A stretch of 61,370 bases of DNA, counting the filler, from Circinaria calcarea (Eukaryota), in the NCBI GenBank assembly GCA_051942165.1. It is 4 parts of 4 records of this genome, joined end to end, with 100 filler letters (N's around TTAATTAATTAA, not from the genome) between each part and the next. Parts side by side here need not be neighbours in the genome. Positions count along the whole stretch, not along the records: positions 1 to 15,277 come from JAVECS010000375.1; 3 more parts are not named here. The stretch is one strand, 5' to 3'. The stretch's first letter is position 1. Every line of letters starts with the position of its first letter. A program made the position numbers and the translations under genes. Positions 1 through 11,544 of the stretch are shown piece after piece. The notes beneath the pieces are model-generated. The model was not told where the DNA came from and searched no databases. It saw only the letters and a program-made list of their open reading frames with translations.

Positions 1-611
1 CTATAACGGGAATGCGCGCGGTCTTGCCTCATTTTATCAACCGAGATCTTCGTGATGGACCTTTCCTCTTCACCCTCACGGATATCCACCAGAGCAACGT
101 CTATGTTGACGAGGATTGGCACATCAAATATATCATAGACCTGGAGTGGGCATGTTCATTGCCGATGGAGATGCAGAACCCTCCGTATTGGTTGACCGGT
201 CAAGGCGTGGATAATTTGACAGGAGAGAGACTTGCTGAATACGACAAAGTTCGTGAAGAGTTCATGGAAGCTTTTGAGTACGAAGAGATTTTACAGAATG
301 AACGGATACTGCGTAGAGACACGGACGACCTGCCGCGCACACGTACCATGAGGAGAGCATGGGAAACCGGAAGTTTCTTCTACTTTCATGCCCTAGATTC
401 GACTACGGGGCTGTTCAATCTATGGGGGCGAATTATCCAGCCAAAGTTTTCGAACGTGGGCAACCTCAAAGATGAATCGAATCGACTTCTGGCACCCTAT
501 TGGTGCGTTGATGCAGAAAATGTAGTAGCTACAAAGATGAAAGATCGAGAAGATTACATCGAGCAGCTCCGAGCCATGTTCGAAGCCAAAGCCCAGGTCT
601 CTCCACCATAG
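1..611 (+). CDS. Aminoglycoside-phosphotransferase (APH)/kinase-like fungal protein, C-terminal part (5' end cut by contig start)
   Basis: Brenner-type motif FTLTDIHQSNVYVD...IIDLEW followed by PPYWL; frame open back to the contig edge (ITG before the annotated Met). Confidence 0.8.
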   Translation, partial: ITGMRAVLPHFINRDLRDGPFLFTLTDIHQSNVYVDEDWHIKYIIDLEWACSLPMEMQNPPYWLTGQGVDNLTGERLAEYDKVREEFMEAFEYEEILQNERILRRDTDDLPRTRTMRRAWETGSFFYFHALDSTTGLFNLWGRIIQPKFSNVGNLKDESNRLLAPYWCVDAENVVATKMKDREDYIEQLRAMFEAKAQVSPP

Positions 612-1164
612 TTCATAACCTTGTCGAGGAAGTGCTCGATTTCTCTACCGCACCGCCATCAGACCTTCTGCCGCCGGTGCAGTATAGAGGGGTACACTGC
701 ACTGCATCGGCAGTATAGGGGTTCAGTACATTATTATAGAGTATATATGTACATTTTTTTAAACGTGGAGATTTGGGCTTGGGAAGAATTTAAATTACAT
801 GTTTAAAATTTTAAAGTTAGGCTCTATTCAGTGTATAGTAAGGGTGCTAGGAGAGGCTAGACTAGTATAAGGAATAGAGTCACTCCGGTGTGCACCATTA
901 CTAGGAACGTAAAATTGGTCTATTGTTGTTCCATGTATGGCTGTTTATAAGCATGCTATTCTAAAAGAGCGGGAATAGCCTGCCTATATATTAGTACTGC
1001 TCAGGTGGCTCAGGCCTTTCAACCCCCCGATCTTTCTGATCCTCTTGAGCATAATTCCCATGCTCAGATGGTGTGTATGATGTACATATATTTACATGAA
1101 AATATCATCTCCTACTATATACTCTCTTGATTAATAACTACAGGGCATAATTACCCCCCTTGTA

Positions 1165-2093
1165 TTACTTTGGCTGATTAATCCAAACGGCGGAATCACA
1201 ATTTTTATCAGGTCTAGACTCGAAGCTCCCGTTACTCGAGGAGGTAACGGCATAACCAAAGCAGCTACCTGGATGGTCGTTCTGCCAATTCCCCCGCCAA
1301 CACACCACACTACAGGTCTGCGGCAAACCGCTTGGCGACTCGTGATCATTGACGTTCCACTGCGCGCATAGGTTGATGCAGTCATCCAGACTGCTCGTGA
1401 ATTGGTTGACGAAATTATCGTTGACGCTTTTCGTTGAGGGGAAGAAGCTGTTACATTCTTTGCGGAATTGCTGTTCTGCTGAGCCCAGTTGCACGGTGTA
1501 GATGGTGTCGTTCGAGGAGGGGCAGTCACGAAAGAGTGAAGCCGAGGGGCCGACGAGGGTGGATGTAAATGTTGGGGTATTGAGAGATGATGTGGGAGGT
1601 AGAGTGTTTGTCGACAAGGTTGCATCAGCCGCCGTAGGAACGAGACTTGAAGGTTGACTCGCTTGGGTGATGGAGGACGTTACCGAGGACGTTGCCGTAC
1701 TTGCTTTGTGCTGGTTGGCCAGGCTTCCACCGACGCCACCCCCAATGGCGGCAGCGAGGGCAGCAAGTATTAAGAGTGCTAATATAAGCCCAAAAGTTCG
1801 TCGGCGGAGGCCACATATGCGCCCATCCAAGTGATCTTGTTGTGGCATTAGCATAAGTAACCCCCGACTTGGTATTTTGTCAGAGTCGTATGCATTGTGT
1901 GGTGTATTTAGCTCATGCATTGCGTGATAAAAGTGCTTGGGGGGCATTTGTCCATTGTATTCAAGGTCAGACCATGGGCCGGAGTTTGCGTTCACGACTT
2001 CGATGCCCTCTGCATCGGACTGTGGAATGGATGTGTATTAGCATTATGTTCATCTCTGAAACGTAGCGGAGCTGAAAGTACCCTTGAGGTCAT
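1165..2093 (-). CDS. Single-pass membrane protein with S/T-rich stalk and Cys-rich (PAN/apple-like) C-terminal ectodomain
   Basis: ATG 2093, intron 2020-2081 (GTACTT..GCTAAT..CAG) gives MTSRSDAEGIEVVNANS; RICGLRRRTF + hydrophobic helix + IGGGVGG; SLDDCINLCAQWN...CSVVCW...CFGY. Confidence 0.75.
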
Positions 2094-3408
2094 TATCAAT
2101 AAAGCTTAGCGGCAGAGAGGGATAAAATCTTGACCTGATATGATATACCAATACTCAAGTAAACATATTGCACAGACAGGAGGAAGAGGAAACGAAGGAA
2201 AGGTAAAAGAGCGGTGACAATTCTACAAGGTGAAGGAGCCGTTAATGATTTACCAACATCCCGCGATATTCCTTCCGAGCAGTACTACAGTAGCTCCGTG
2301 CCGCTGAGATTGCCGCAGCACCATATTTATGACTGGTAGGATTATCGGGCTATGTACCTCTTGCACAAAAGCAGAGATGCTAATAGTAGTGTTGGCGCAT
2401 ACCGCAACACAACATGGGTACTCCAAGCCATATGTGCACTAAGCCAGAGTAGCTTGAATCGAATTAGCATGGGGCTGAATCGTGAACAGAACCATACTCA
2501 CAAGTATCTGCTATAGTGGCAGACTGGCGTATTTACGTTGGGAGCGCAACCGCAAACTCATCCAGACTGAGCATGAACGAACGGGTGTCCCTCAAATTAG
2601 GGTCCCCCGTCCACGCTTATTCCGACTACACCTTTATGCTCACCTCGCTTCATCCGTAGAGCGAGGTACTCAGTTCTGCTGCCAGAATTGCTCTCTTTTG
2701 CTTTGCTTGCCACTCACCCCTATATATATACGCTCCAAAAGCAGCTATGCGACACCCCCAATTCAAGGACCCGTAAAAACAGGGCAACGGGGTGCTCCTC
2801 ATCTCAATTTCGGGGAGCCTAACGTGAAAGGAAAGGACAGTATAGGAGTTTAAGCCATCTTCACAATCTATAATCAGAGCTAGGGAACAGTGAGTTTTAG
2901 ATGCGCGGAAGGGAGGATTCAGGGACGGTAGGGAAGGGAGGTTAGGGTGTGTAAAGAGGGGGAGTCTAGAGCATCAAGTATGGGAGATCCTGATATCCTT
3001 TTAATCCTTTCTTCCGTTTGTCACGTTCATGTCCTTTAAGAGACGCAGGTCACGCGGACGCCTTTTGAAACGTATGCAGATATACTTCGTACATTCAGGC
3101 TGTGTCCAATGAAGGAGTTGTCGTATAATATGATGGGACTTGAGCGAGCTCAATTACCAAGTTTAGCATGCCATGATGCAAGACTAGAGATCAACTCCTT
3201 TGTATTTCGGTCAAGGTCGTAAAGTCTAATGCAAGCTGGTGCCTTCTATTCCTGTATCCCTTTTATTGATAAGCCACAGCAAACGAGCTGATAATCTCTA
3301 TCCCTTCTATTCAGGTGCGCAGAATGCAGCTTCGTTCTTGGTGGTATGCAGCGTCTCAGCGTTGTGAACCATGCCGATCCAATTACGACAAAGTCTGGGG
3401 TCGACTAA

Positions 3409-4272
3409 TCAGTCCTTCCACCCCACGAGGTCCCAATGCTCAACGTTTTCTCCGATTACCAGTTTCAGACGCTCGACCTTCCATTCAGTGTAGAGTTTGC
3501 TTGTGGCTCGCATCGCACGGTGGTGCCCTTCGCCACTACTCCCTCGCTTGGCATCAACATACTCGCGCCAGACACCTGAGATCGTCAGCCGATGGCACAC
3601 ACTAAGGACACCAAGTCCAGGCGAGCTTACAGGTAGCAAGGTTTCTACCATTATCATCGGGCTCACCGAACCAGTACTTCAATAACCTACCAACGCTATT
3701 CAGCTGGTATCCAGCGGGACTATGGGATGTCCTTACCCTCCAGTGCGCATTGCCTCGGCATGGGATACCTCGTCCAAGGATCCTAGGTGGGAGCGGTCGG
3801 TGGTAGGAGGGATCTGTGATCTGAATACAACAATATAAAATATTTGCTCTTGCCACTGGTAACCGGTCTCAGTGTTCACCAAGGCCCTCAAATCCTCCAT
3901 CACTGCGGTCCAGTTGAAAGCACTAATGTATGGGGCCGTTGCGTAATTCGCCTGAATTGGCTTGAAGGACGTCAAGGCCATTGCGAGAAGCTGGTTCGGT
4001 TTGGTGACGCGGCTGAGATCGAGCAGATGGGAGCGCGACGTATAGGGAGAGACAACCAACAATCCATCAGTCTCGGCGCTGGTGATATGCTCACATCCTG
4101 GCTTGTGCTTTTGTGGAAGTTGGAATGAAGCCGCGGCGTCGAACTTGAGGGCGTTAAGCGATGAACTGACCAAGCGGTAATTGATCAGGTTTGAATCGAC
4201 GGGGCTCCACTCTGAAGGAGGCCATGACTTTGGAGGAGTAGGTACAGCATAGACTTCAGGCCCGTGAGACAT
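3409..4272 (-). CDS. Conserved fungal protein resembling the UPF0643 family (3 exons)
   Basis: Introns 3687-3736 and 3576-3630 join FYIVVFRSQI..LDEVSHAEAMRTGG/LLKYWFGEPD..GRNLATC/VWR..AKRGSSGEGHHRA; family name from recall. Confidence 0.75.
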
Positions 4273-4879
4273 TGTCCAGGAGTAATGAATGTGCAAAGGA
4301 GATAGATAGAAACCTACTGGAGTAACCTTTCCGAAACTGTTGCCAGCTGAGGTGGTTGTACAGCACAGAAAAATTTTAGGTAAAAAAATCAGGAGACGAG
4401 ATCTTAAACGAACAATTCCCGCCACTCTGGTCACTTGGTTGTCCAAATACGAAAGGTGCACTTGTGCGTTGTAAGGCATGTGTTGTAAGCCCAGATCACG
4501 CAATCCAATCGCAATATGACAATGCACTGAGCAGAAAGTGCTCGAAGTACTTGGCAGTAGTTAGGTATGCTACTGCAACCATAAACGTTTGCGGTTGATC
4601 TCAGAAATCAAGATAAGCCCTTTTTTGTTGGAGAATGGACGCCTGCCGGTACTTAACGACTCACATACCCAAGCCAGAGCAATGAGGACTACACAGAATA
4701 GAAAACCTTTCGATTAGCGACCGTTTCGTTGCTCGACCTAGACTCTACATTGAGTAAACGTGGATATGACATTCTAGGATGAACCGTGGATGAGCTGGCT
4801 TTCCAGACCGCGGAGGATACTTAGGGTGTCTCCTATACCCAGGCTCTTACAGCCAAGAGTGCGTATTTGGCTGCCGCTG

Positions 4880-4921
4880 CCTCAGAGTACCATCCTCAGA
4901 GTATCATCCTCAGAGTACCAT
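4880..4921. repeat. 3 x 14-bp tandem repeat CCTCAGAGTA(C/T)CAT
   Basis: Units at 4880, 4894 and 4908 read directly. Confidence 0.9.
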
Positions 4922-4930
4922 CAATGGATT

Positions 4931-5056
4931 GTTCCGAGTTGAAAATAGTTCCGAGTTGAAAATAGTTCCGAGTTGAAAATAGTTCCGAGTTGAAAATAGT
5001 TCCGAGTTGAAAATAGTTCCGAGTTGAAAATAGTTCCGAGTTGAAAATAGTTCCGA
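4931..5056. repeat. Perfect 17-bp minisatellite (GTTCCGAGTTGAAAATA) x7.4
   Basis: Seven identical head-to-tail units plus 7 bp, no spacers. Confidence 0.97.
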
Positions 5057-5329
5057 AGTGCCAGCAGGCGATGGGACGGCGGAGGAAGTGGGAATAACCT
5101 CCCCGGATTTTAGCGCACCGGAAGAGTCGGCTAAGTTCCCCCATCGGTCCAATAGATGACGTATCTTAGCAGGAACAGGGCGTATGCATAGATTGAAGAT
5201 GGGTGTATGCATATGGAGCTTGGGTGTCCTTTCAAGGGCGCATCGCCGCTTCAACCACGACAAAATCAGCCAGTCGCGCGTCGCGGTACTCGGCCAGTGG
5301 CTTGATATTCCCAAGAAGCTCGAGCAAGT

Positions 5330-7887
5330 ATGGAAGAACCAACGTCGTCCATTCAACCTCCACCATTCCCTACCGGACCACAGCATGCGCAGACTACCTT
5401 CCCGGCATTTCACCATCACGATCACGCTTCTCTCGCGTCGCATCTAGATCCCAGCTTACAGAATCTCAACCCCGACGGTACTTACTCACCCCAGTTCACA
5501 TCACTCGACAATCACAACAATGGAGCTCTACTCCATACCGGCAATCCTTTCGGTCGGGCCAGCGATCAGCCTCGCTTTCAAGAGGTCCGCTCGCATATGG
5601 GCCCACCTAGTCAACGACAACCAAGTCATGCCTTTCAGCAGGCTGGTCAATTTGGCGTGCTTCTGCCACGTACGGTAATGGTGGATCAAGCTCCTCCACA
5701 ACATCATGCCTTTGACCGTCTTCAACAAGAGGATGCAACGGCGCACGTGGCTGAACCCAACGGAGAGAAAAAAGATGGACATTTTGCCAATATGAAGATT
5801 GTGCCCAACCCGCCCAACCTTGCAGAATGGCGAGAGCGGTTATTTAACGTCAACGACACGGTCACCATGACTGAGGATGAGTGTGTTTACATTCTTTGAC
5901 ATTTTACGGGGAACTAGCTAATCATCGAACGTTCCAAGGTTCCAGACCTATTTTCCACATGTCGACAACATTTATTCCCATCGATCAACGCAAAAGTACA
6001 AGCTCAAGCCTTTCGTCTCTCACTACTGGGATTGCCGTCTGAAAGGACGCCCACCAGGGACACCTAAATCGGATGATCCTAACAAGAGGAAGCGCAAGCG
6101 GAGTGCTCGAGAGCGCGACTTATGTGATGTGAAGATTAAAATCACAGAATTTTCTCCAGGGTCAAGGACTTTCATACCGCAGAAATTCGGGAGCGAACCT
6201 GTAGCTGCCTCAGAGGTCCCTGAAGTCTTCCTACCCGGTGAACCGTATGGCTCAAATATGCGTCAACAGCAACAACAACCATTCGGGATGAACGCACCCG
6301 ATGGCAGGGTAGAAAAAATACCAGGAGGTCATGGCGAGAAATATTACACGATTCAGCGTGTCAATGGCAATGGAGGAAATGGGAAAGGCGACGGAGTAGC
6401 GGGTCCCCATAAGCATACTTTGGAGGAAAGTGACCGCGTCAAGAAAAACAGTATCCAGAGACAGTCACTCAAAGAAGAAAAGGTGAAGAAAAAGTCACAG
6501 GTAAGTGTGTTACAATGTCCGCAACTCCATATCTTCCTGGCGCATCCATCGCGTAGGTATGCGAACTATCAGCTTTTATCATCTCTAAGATCTTGCAGAA
6601 AAGTGTAGTTGTTCATTTGTTTATCCAAGTCCTCAAAGCCAAAGTCAATGGCCCATGTATTTGTATGCTAAGCGCGACCGCATTTCATCGCGGCGCCCCC
6701 AGCACGTCATCATTCGGCCAGCATCCTCATTCCGTTATCACAAAATTCTTGTATGACTTGAAGTCAAAACAGCAAGATGATGTTTCTACGTCGTAGCTTT
6801 GGCAATTTCTTTTCTGGCTCAACTACTCAACAGACCGGAGATGCTGACACCGTGCAATCTACTAAGAAAACGTACCACAAGAAGGCTACCGGAGCTGCCC
6901 TGGTTACTGCCAAACGACATGCAAAGGAACACAATCTGAAGCTATATGGGAGCTGTTTCTGGTAAGTCCTCGGCTTCAGAATTTCAGTTATTACCCTCTC
7001 TACCTTGTACGTTAGTGGCTTTTTACATGCTAACAGTGATTACTTCGTCTTAGTCCTTTTGTACAACGCGTGTGGATCGCACTAGAGGCAAAAGGAATCG
7101 GCTACCAATACATCGAGGTTGACCCATACAAGAAGCCCGAGTCCTTGATGGAGATCAATCCCCGCGGACTTGTACCAGCCTTACGGCATGATGATTGGGC
7201 GACTCATGAGAGCACCGTCATAATGGAATATGTATGCATTGCCGATTTCGTCCAACGCGGTATCACCTTCATTTTTGCTAATATCACCATAGCTGGAAGA
7301 TCTCAACGTTGGGGAGCCGCTGCTGCCACTGGAAGATCCCAAGGCCCGAGCTCATTGCCGTCTTTGGACAGATCACGTATGTTAAAGCTCTCTGAGCAAG
7401 AGTATGGCCATGGCTAAGTATACTATTAAAGATCAACAAGAATATAGTTCCTGCCTTCTACCAGTACTTACAGGAGCAAAATACCACTAAGCAGGCTGAA
7501 CATGCTTCCAAGCTCAAATCTGAGATTTCCAAGCTCGTCGAGGCCGCAGACTCCGAAGGTCCATTCTTCCTTGGTAACAAGCTCTCCTTTGTAGATGTTC
7601 AATTGGCACCTTGGCTCCTGAGAATGAGAAAAGTACTCAAACCGTACCGAGGATGGCCCGACCCAGAAGAGGGCAGTCGATGGGGAAAATGGGTTAACGC
7701 TGTCGAGAACGATGTGGATGTAAAGGCAACCACAAGTACGGATGATTTGTACTTGGACAGCTATGAGCGTTATGCTGGTAGGTCATGTTCTGTTATTCGG
7801 AGACGGGACTCGCTAATCTGTAAAGAAAACCGGCCTAATACTAGTCAAGTGGCGGAGGCAGTCAATGCTGGCAGAGGCCTTCCATAG
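5330..7887 (+). CDS. Glutathione S-transferase (CPF active-site type) with long N-terminal region containing a putative WRKY/FAR1/AFT-like zinc finger
   Basis: Introns 5881-5938, 6501-6866, 6962-7053, 7232-7292, 7377-7431, 7778-7825 keep one frame; GST motifs YGSCFCPFVQRVWIALE, INPRGLVPAL, ESTVIMEY, GPFFLG..SFVDVQLAPW; upstream YWDCRLKG..RERDLCDVKIKI..YTIQ..HKHTL. Confidence 0.85.
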
Positions 7888-8020
7888 GTCTCTGTAAGCC
7901 TTGTCTCTTAAACAATAGGTAGCACTGGATCCGGTGCCGTCCTACCTGAACATACCCCGAGTAGACAGTTTCTCAGGTTGTTTATCTAATCTTAGATAGA
8001 CACTCGCCCAGCTAGTCAGA

Positions 8021-8972
8021 TCATGTAGGATGCATCTCTTTCAATGTGTTTAAGGCTACTTTTACTGCGCGTGCCATCTCCACACCATTCTCCCAGATCT
8101 CATCATGTTTGCCTTTGAGCTCCAGGACGGTAACTTTTATGCCAACCTTTTCTTCCTTCAACGTATTTACCATGGTTTCGACTTGCAACCAGTCGACCAG
8201 TTCATCCTCTCTGCTATGTGCTAGTAGAAGTACTTTCCCGTCTGTCCAGGTTTCTTCGATCTTCCCCTTTGCTGGGCTGGCATTCCCCCATTGTTCATCG
8301 GGTCCAAAAGCTCCTTGGAGGAACTCTTGATATACAGGATATTCCTGGTGCGTGTTTCGTAATAATTCCAGATCATACATCCCTTCCACACATACCACCG
8401 CAATTGGCATCTTAACATACCGCGCTCCGGTGCCCGTTTCTTTTCTTGCAGACCACCGTCCCATTGTCACCTGCAGGGCGAGCGTGGCGCCGCAGCTATG
8501 TCCCACAATCATGTAATTCTCTCCGAAGCTGTATTTCTGCTGTAGCCACGCGATTGCTGTGAGGACGTCTTCAATATGTGCAGGATGTTTCACGTTTCGT
8601 GAGTCATCACTGGGTGAGCTTGGGTGTGTGGGGTGAGTGGGATAGGGTGAGAGGCGATAGTCGAGGGAAGCAATCCCTGCGACACAACCGGAAGCGGATG
8701 AGAGGTGGGAAATTGTAGGTAGGAAAGAGGCGGATGTGATCAAAGAGTCCCGGTATGCGCCCCCATGGATGTAACTGGGTAGGTGGGAAAATGGTTAGAT
8801 ATAGCCGTGGAGAGCTTGAGGACGAGGGTCTTTACATAATCCAATATTTTCTATTTCCTTGAGGGCCATGATCATCAGGCAGGTAGATGTCCAAGGTATT
8901 GAGCGAGCTTAGGGTGGAATAGGGTATTGACAGAAGGTGCTTGGGAAAAGACTCGGCATTAGTTGAGTTCAT
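8021..8972 (-). CDS. BNA7: Kynurenine formamidase (alpha/beta hydrolase)
   Basis: NTLDIYLP, YIHGGAYRD across intron ~8775-8835, DYRLSP, HPAHIEDV, GHSCGA nucleophile, HSREDELV, GKHDEIW. Confidence 0.88.
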
Positions 8973-9277
8973 GATGTTGTTCACAGCGATATCATTAGCC
9001 AATATGAATAATGAAGTGCAACTCAATTAAAACCATTACACCGATAACATAGCGTACTATCTTGTGAAATTATTTAAGGTGATTCGGTGTGCGAATTCAA
9101 TCTCATCCTCGTGCATCTTGTCCATCGATCTTCTTTATCGATAAGGGTTTCATAACCAGCTAGCTAAAAGAAGGATAGCGTTATTCGAACTTACTTCAGA
9201 GCAATATTTGGCCCACAACGGCGCGAATATCAGCAAAACTTGACTACAGTTCCCAAACTCCATAAACCATGACAATC

Positions 9278-10541
9278 ATGGCGGATGGATTGTAAGGAAG
9301 ACCTCTAAATATAGTAAAACGGTAGCTAACGAAACTCCAGAAAAGACGTGCCGCTGAAGGCGGTACAAATAGAAGCTCTGGTAAGAGCACAACAGCCTAA
9401 AAGTAAGGCGGACAACTGATCCTACCTTAGGTGGTCATGAAAATAATCAAACACTGCTCACAAACCTTTCCGACTACGGCGACTGGATTTCTTGTTGGTA
9501 TGGATGTGCAAGGAGTCCTGCAAGCAACAAATTCTTTCCCATTTCCCACTGTCGATATCCCAAGCACGGACGGGCATCATGACAACAACGCAGCTTCTAA
9601 CCTGGCCGCCGCTGCTCCCAGAGCAAAAGTCAATGCAGTCTATCAAAATGAGATGATCAGGAATCTCAGAGAGGTCAACATTGACGCGAACAACGTTGGA
9701 TGGTACACAAGCGCGAATATGGGCAATTTTGTCAACCTCAATATGATTGAGAATCAGGTGTACTATCAAAAGGATCTCAACGAACGGACCGTCGCCATAA
9801 TACACGATGTCAGCCGCAGTTCACAAGGCAGCCTCAGTATGCGTGCCTTTAGATTATCCCCATCTTTCATGGCAGCGTATAAGGAGGGCAAATTTACGAC
9901 TGAGAGGTTAGATTGTCTCTCTATTCTGATGAGGCAATGAGACTGACGAAGCCTAAAGTCTACAAAAAAGCAATCTTCGCTATCAAGATATCCTCGTGGA
10001 ACTTCCTCTTACGATACACAACTCCCACTTACTTACTTCCTTTCTCCATCAACTTCCATCGAAGCCGCCAAGTACTGAGCTCGAATTTCCCACAAATCTT
10101 GCGGCAATACTGGAGCAGCGCTCGGGCAACTCCGGCGTTCCGCTGTACCCTAACTTCGACTCCCTAGACCTCTCTATCGACCCTTTTCTCGAGAAAACTT
10201 GCGATCTCATGCTAGAGAGTATAGAGACGCATCATACCGAGCTAAACAATTATCAGTACTACCAACGCCAGCTTGGCCGCGAACAGGCTAAGATAACTGC
10301 ATGGCAACAAAAGCGCAAAGCCGAGAACGCATCCAGGGCATTAGCGAAACAATCACCTCTGCCCGAAGATGAGTGGACACGGCTTTTTAAATTGCCTCAG
10401 GAGCCTAATCGGCTAGAAGTAATGTTGAATTCGAGGCAAGTAGAGCAGTATGCGAGGCAAGTTGATGGGTTCACCGCTAGTGTTACTGGGAAGATGTTTG
10501 CAGTAAAGAGCAATTTATTGCCTGGTGAATCGGAATCATAG
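9278..10541 (+). CDS. EIF3H: Translation initiation factor eIF3 subunit H (MPN domain)
   Basis: [68 protein letters not shown]; introns at ~9292, 9381, 9907. Confidence 0.95.
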
Positions 10542-11544
10542 GTCTATAGGAGGGCACAACTTCAAACATAATTCTGCAATAATCCTAGAAGACAGCATAT
10601 TCGAGGTGTTTAGGTGCGTCTACTGGTGTTTGGCACGACCATATAGGGAACAATGATCCTCACGGTGTTCGGAAATGTTCTTGCATAGGCTGGTTGAACT
10701 GATGAAGCATGGAGATTGACAAAGTGGTAGACTGAACGATCTGCGTGTCAAGAGCTCTTTGCTGCATGGTTTGGTGGTGAGTACGTTCTATGTTGAACCC
10801 TTCAGTTGTCATTTACTGTCAATGATAGATCCCATTACTCTAATACCCTCACGACTGTGATACATCAAAGCTAGCTACTGTAATGATACGAGGTGGATTG
10901 ATTACTTAAGTTATTAGTAACTATACCTATTTTTCTTAGACATGCTTTGTATAATCCTGATATAACGGCCGTGTGGAAATGCTACTATTTTAGGGTGTAG
11001 CGGGCTGGCAAAGTGAAGCATACTGTATTACCAGAATGACCAACACATCTACACCTGTACATCCGGCCAGAACGCGTAGACCTCTTGTGGTTGTGTTAGA
11101 CCTACCCCGAGCTCTCTGCCGATTGTCTCAGTTTTGCTTGCTGTACTTATCTTATTCTCATCACCCCTACACCCACAACGATGTTTTTGTGATTGCCCAT
11201 TCACGTTATCTGGCAACACATATCTTGCCAATCAACACACAGCTGTCTCACCGTTATATAATTGGTAATACAGCTACATATTCTTCTTGATACGACCTTC
11301 GAATTACAATTCCTTCATAGTTGTTTCAATTACCTCTCTCATTTTGACAATCGTATGCAAAATGTCTGATGGCTATGATAAGAGGCACGCTTTGGAACTC
11401 CCACCTAGCATAGCACTCTTCAACAACTATTATAGCCACATTCCTGCAACACAGATGACTTTGAGCCATCCTATCCCTCCCTTCCCAATTCCAAATCCTA
11501 GCATACCACCTAACAATTCCAGAGGTACAACGTCCATTGCCAAT

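Noticed and set aside
4931..5056. CRISPR-like array
   Set aside because: Units are contiguous with no spacers, the context is eukaryotic and there are no cas genes; it is a minisatellite
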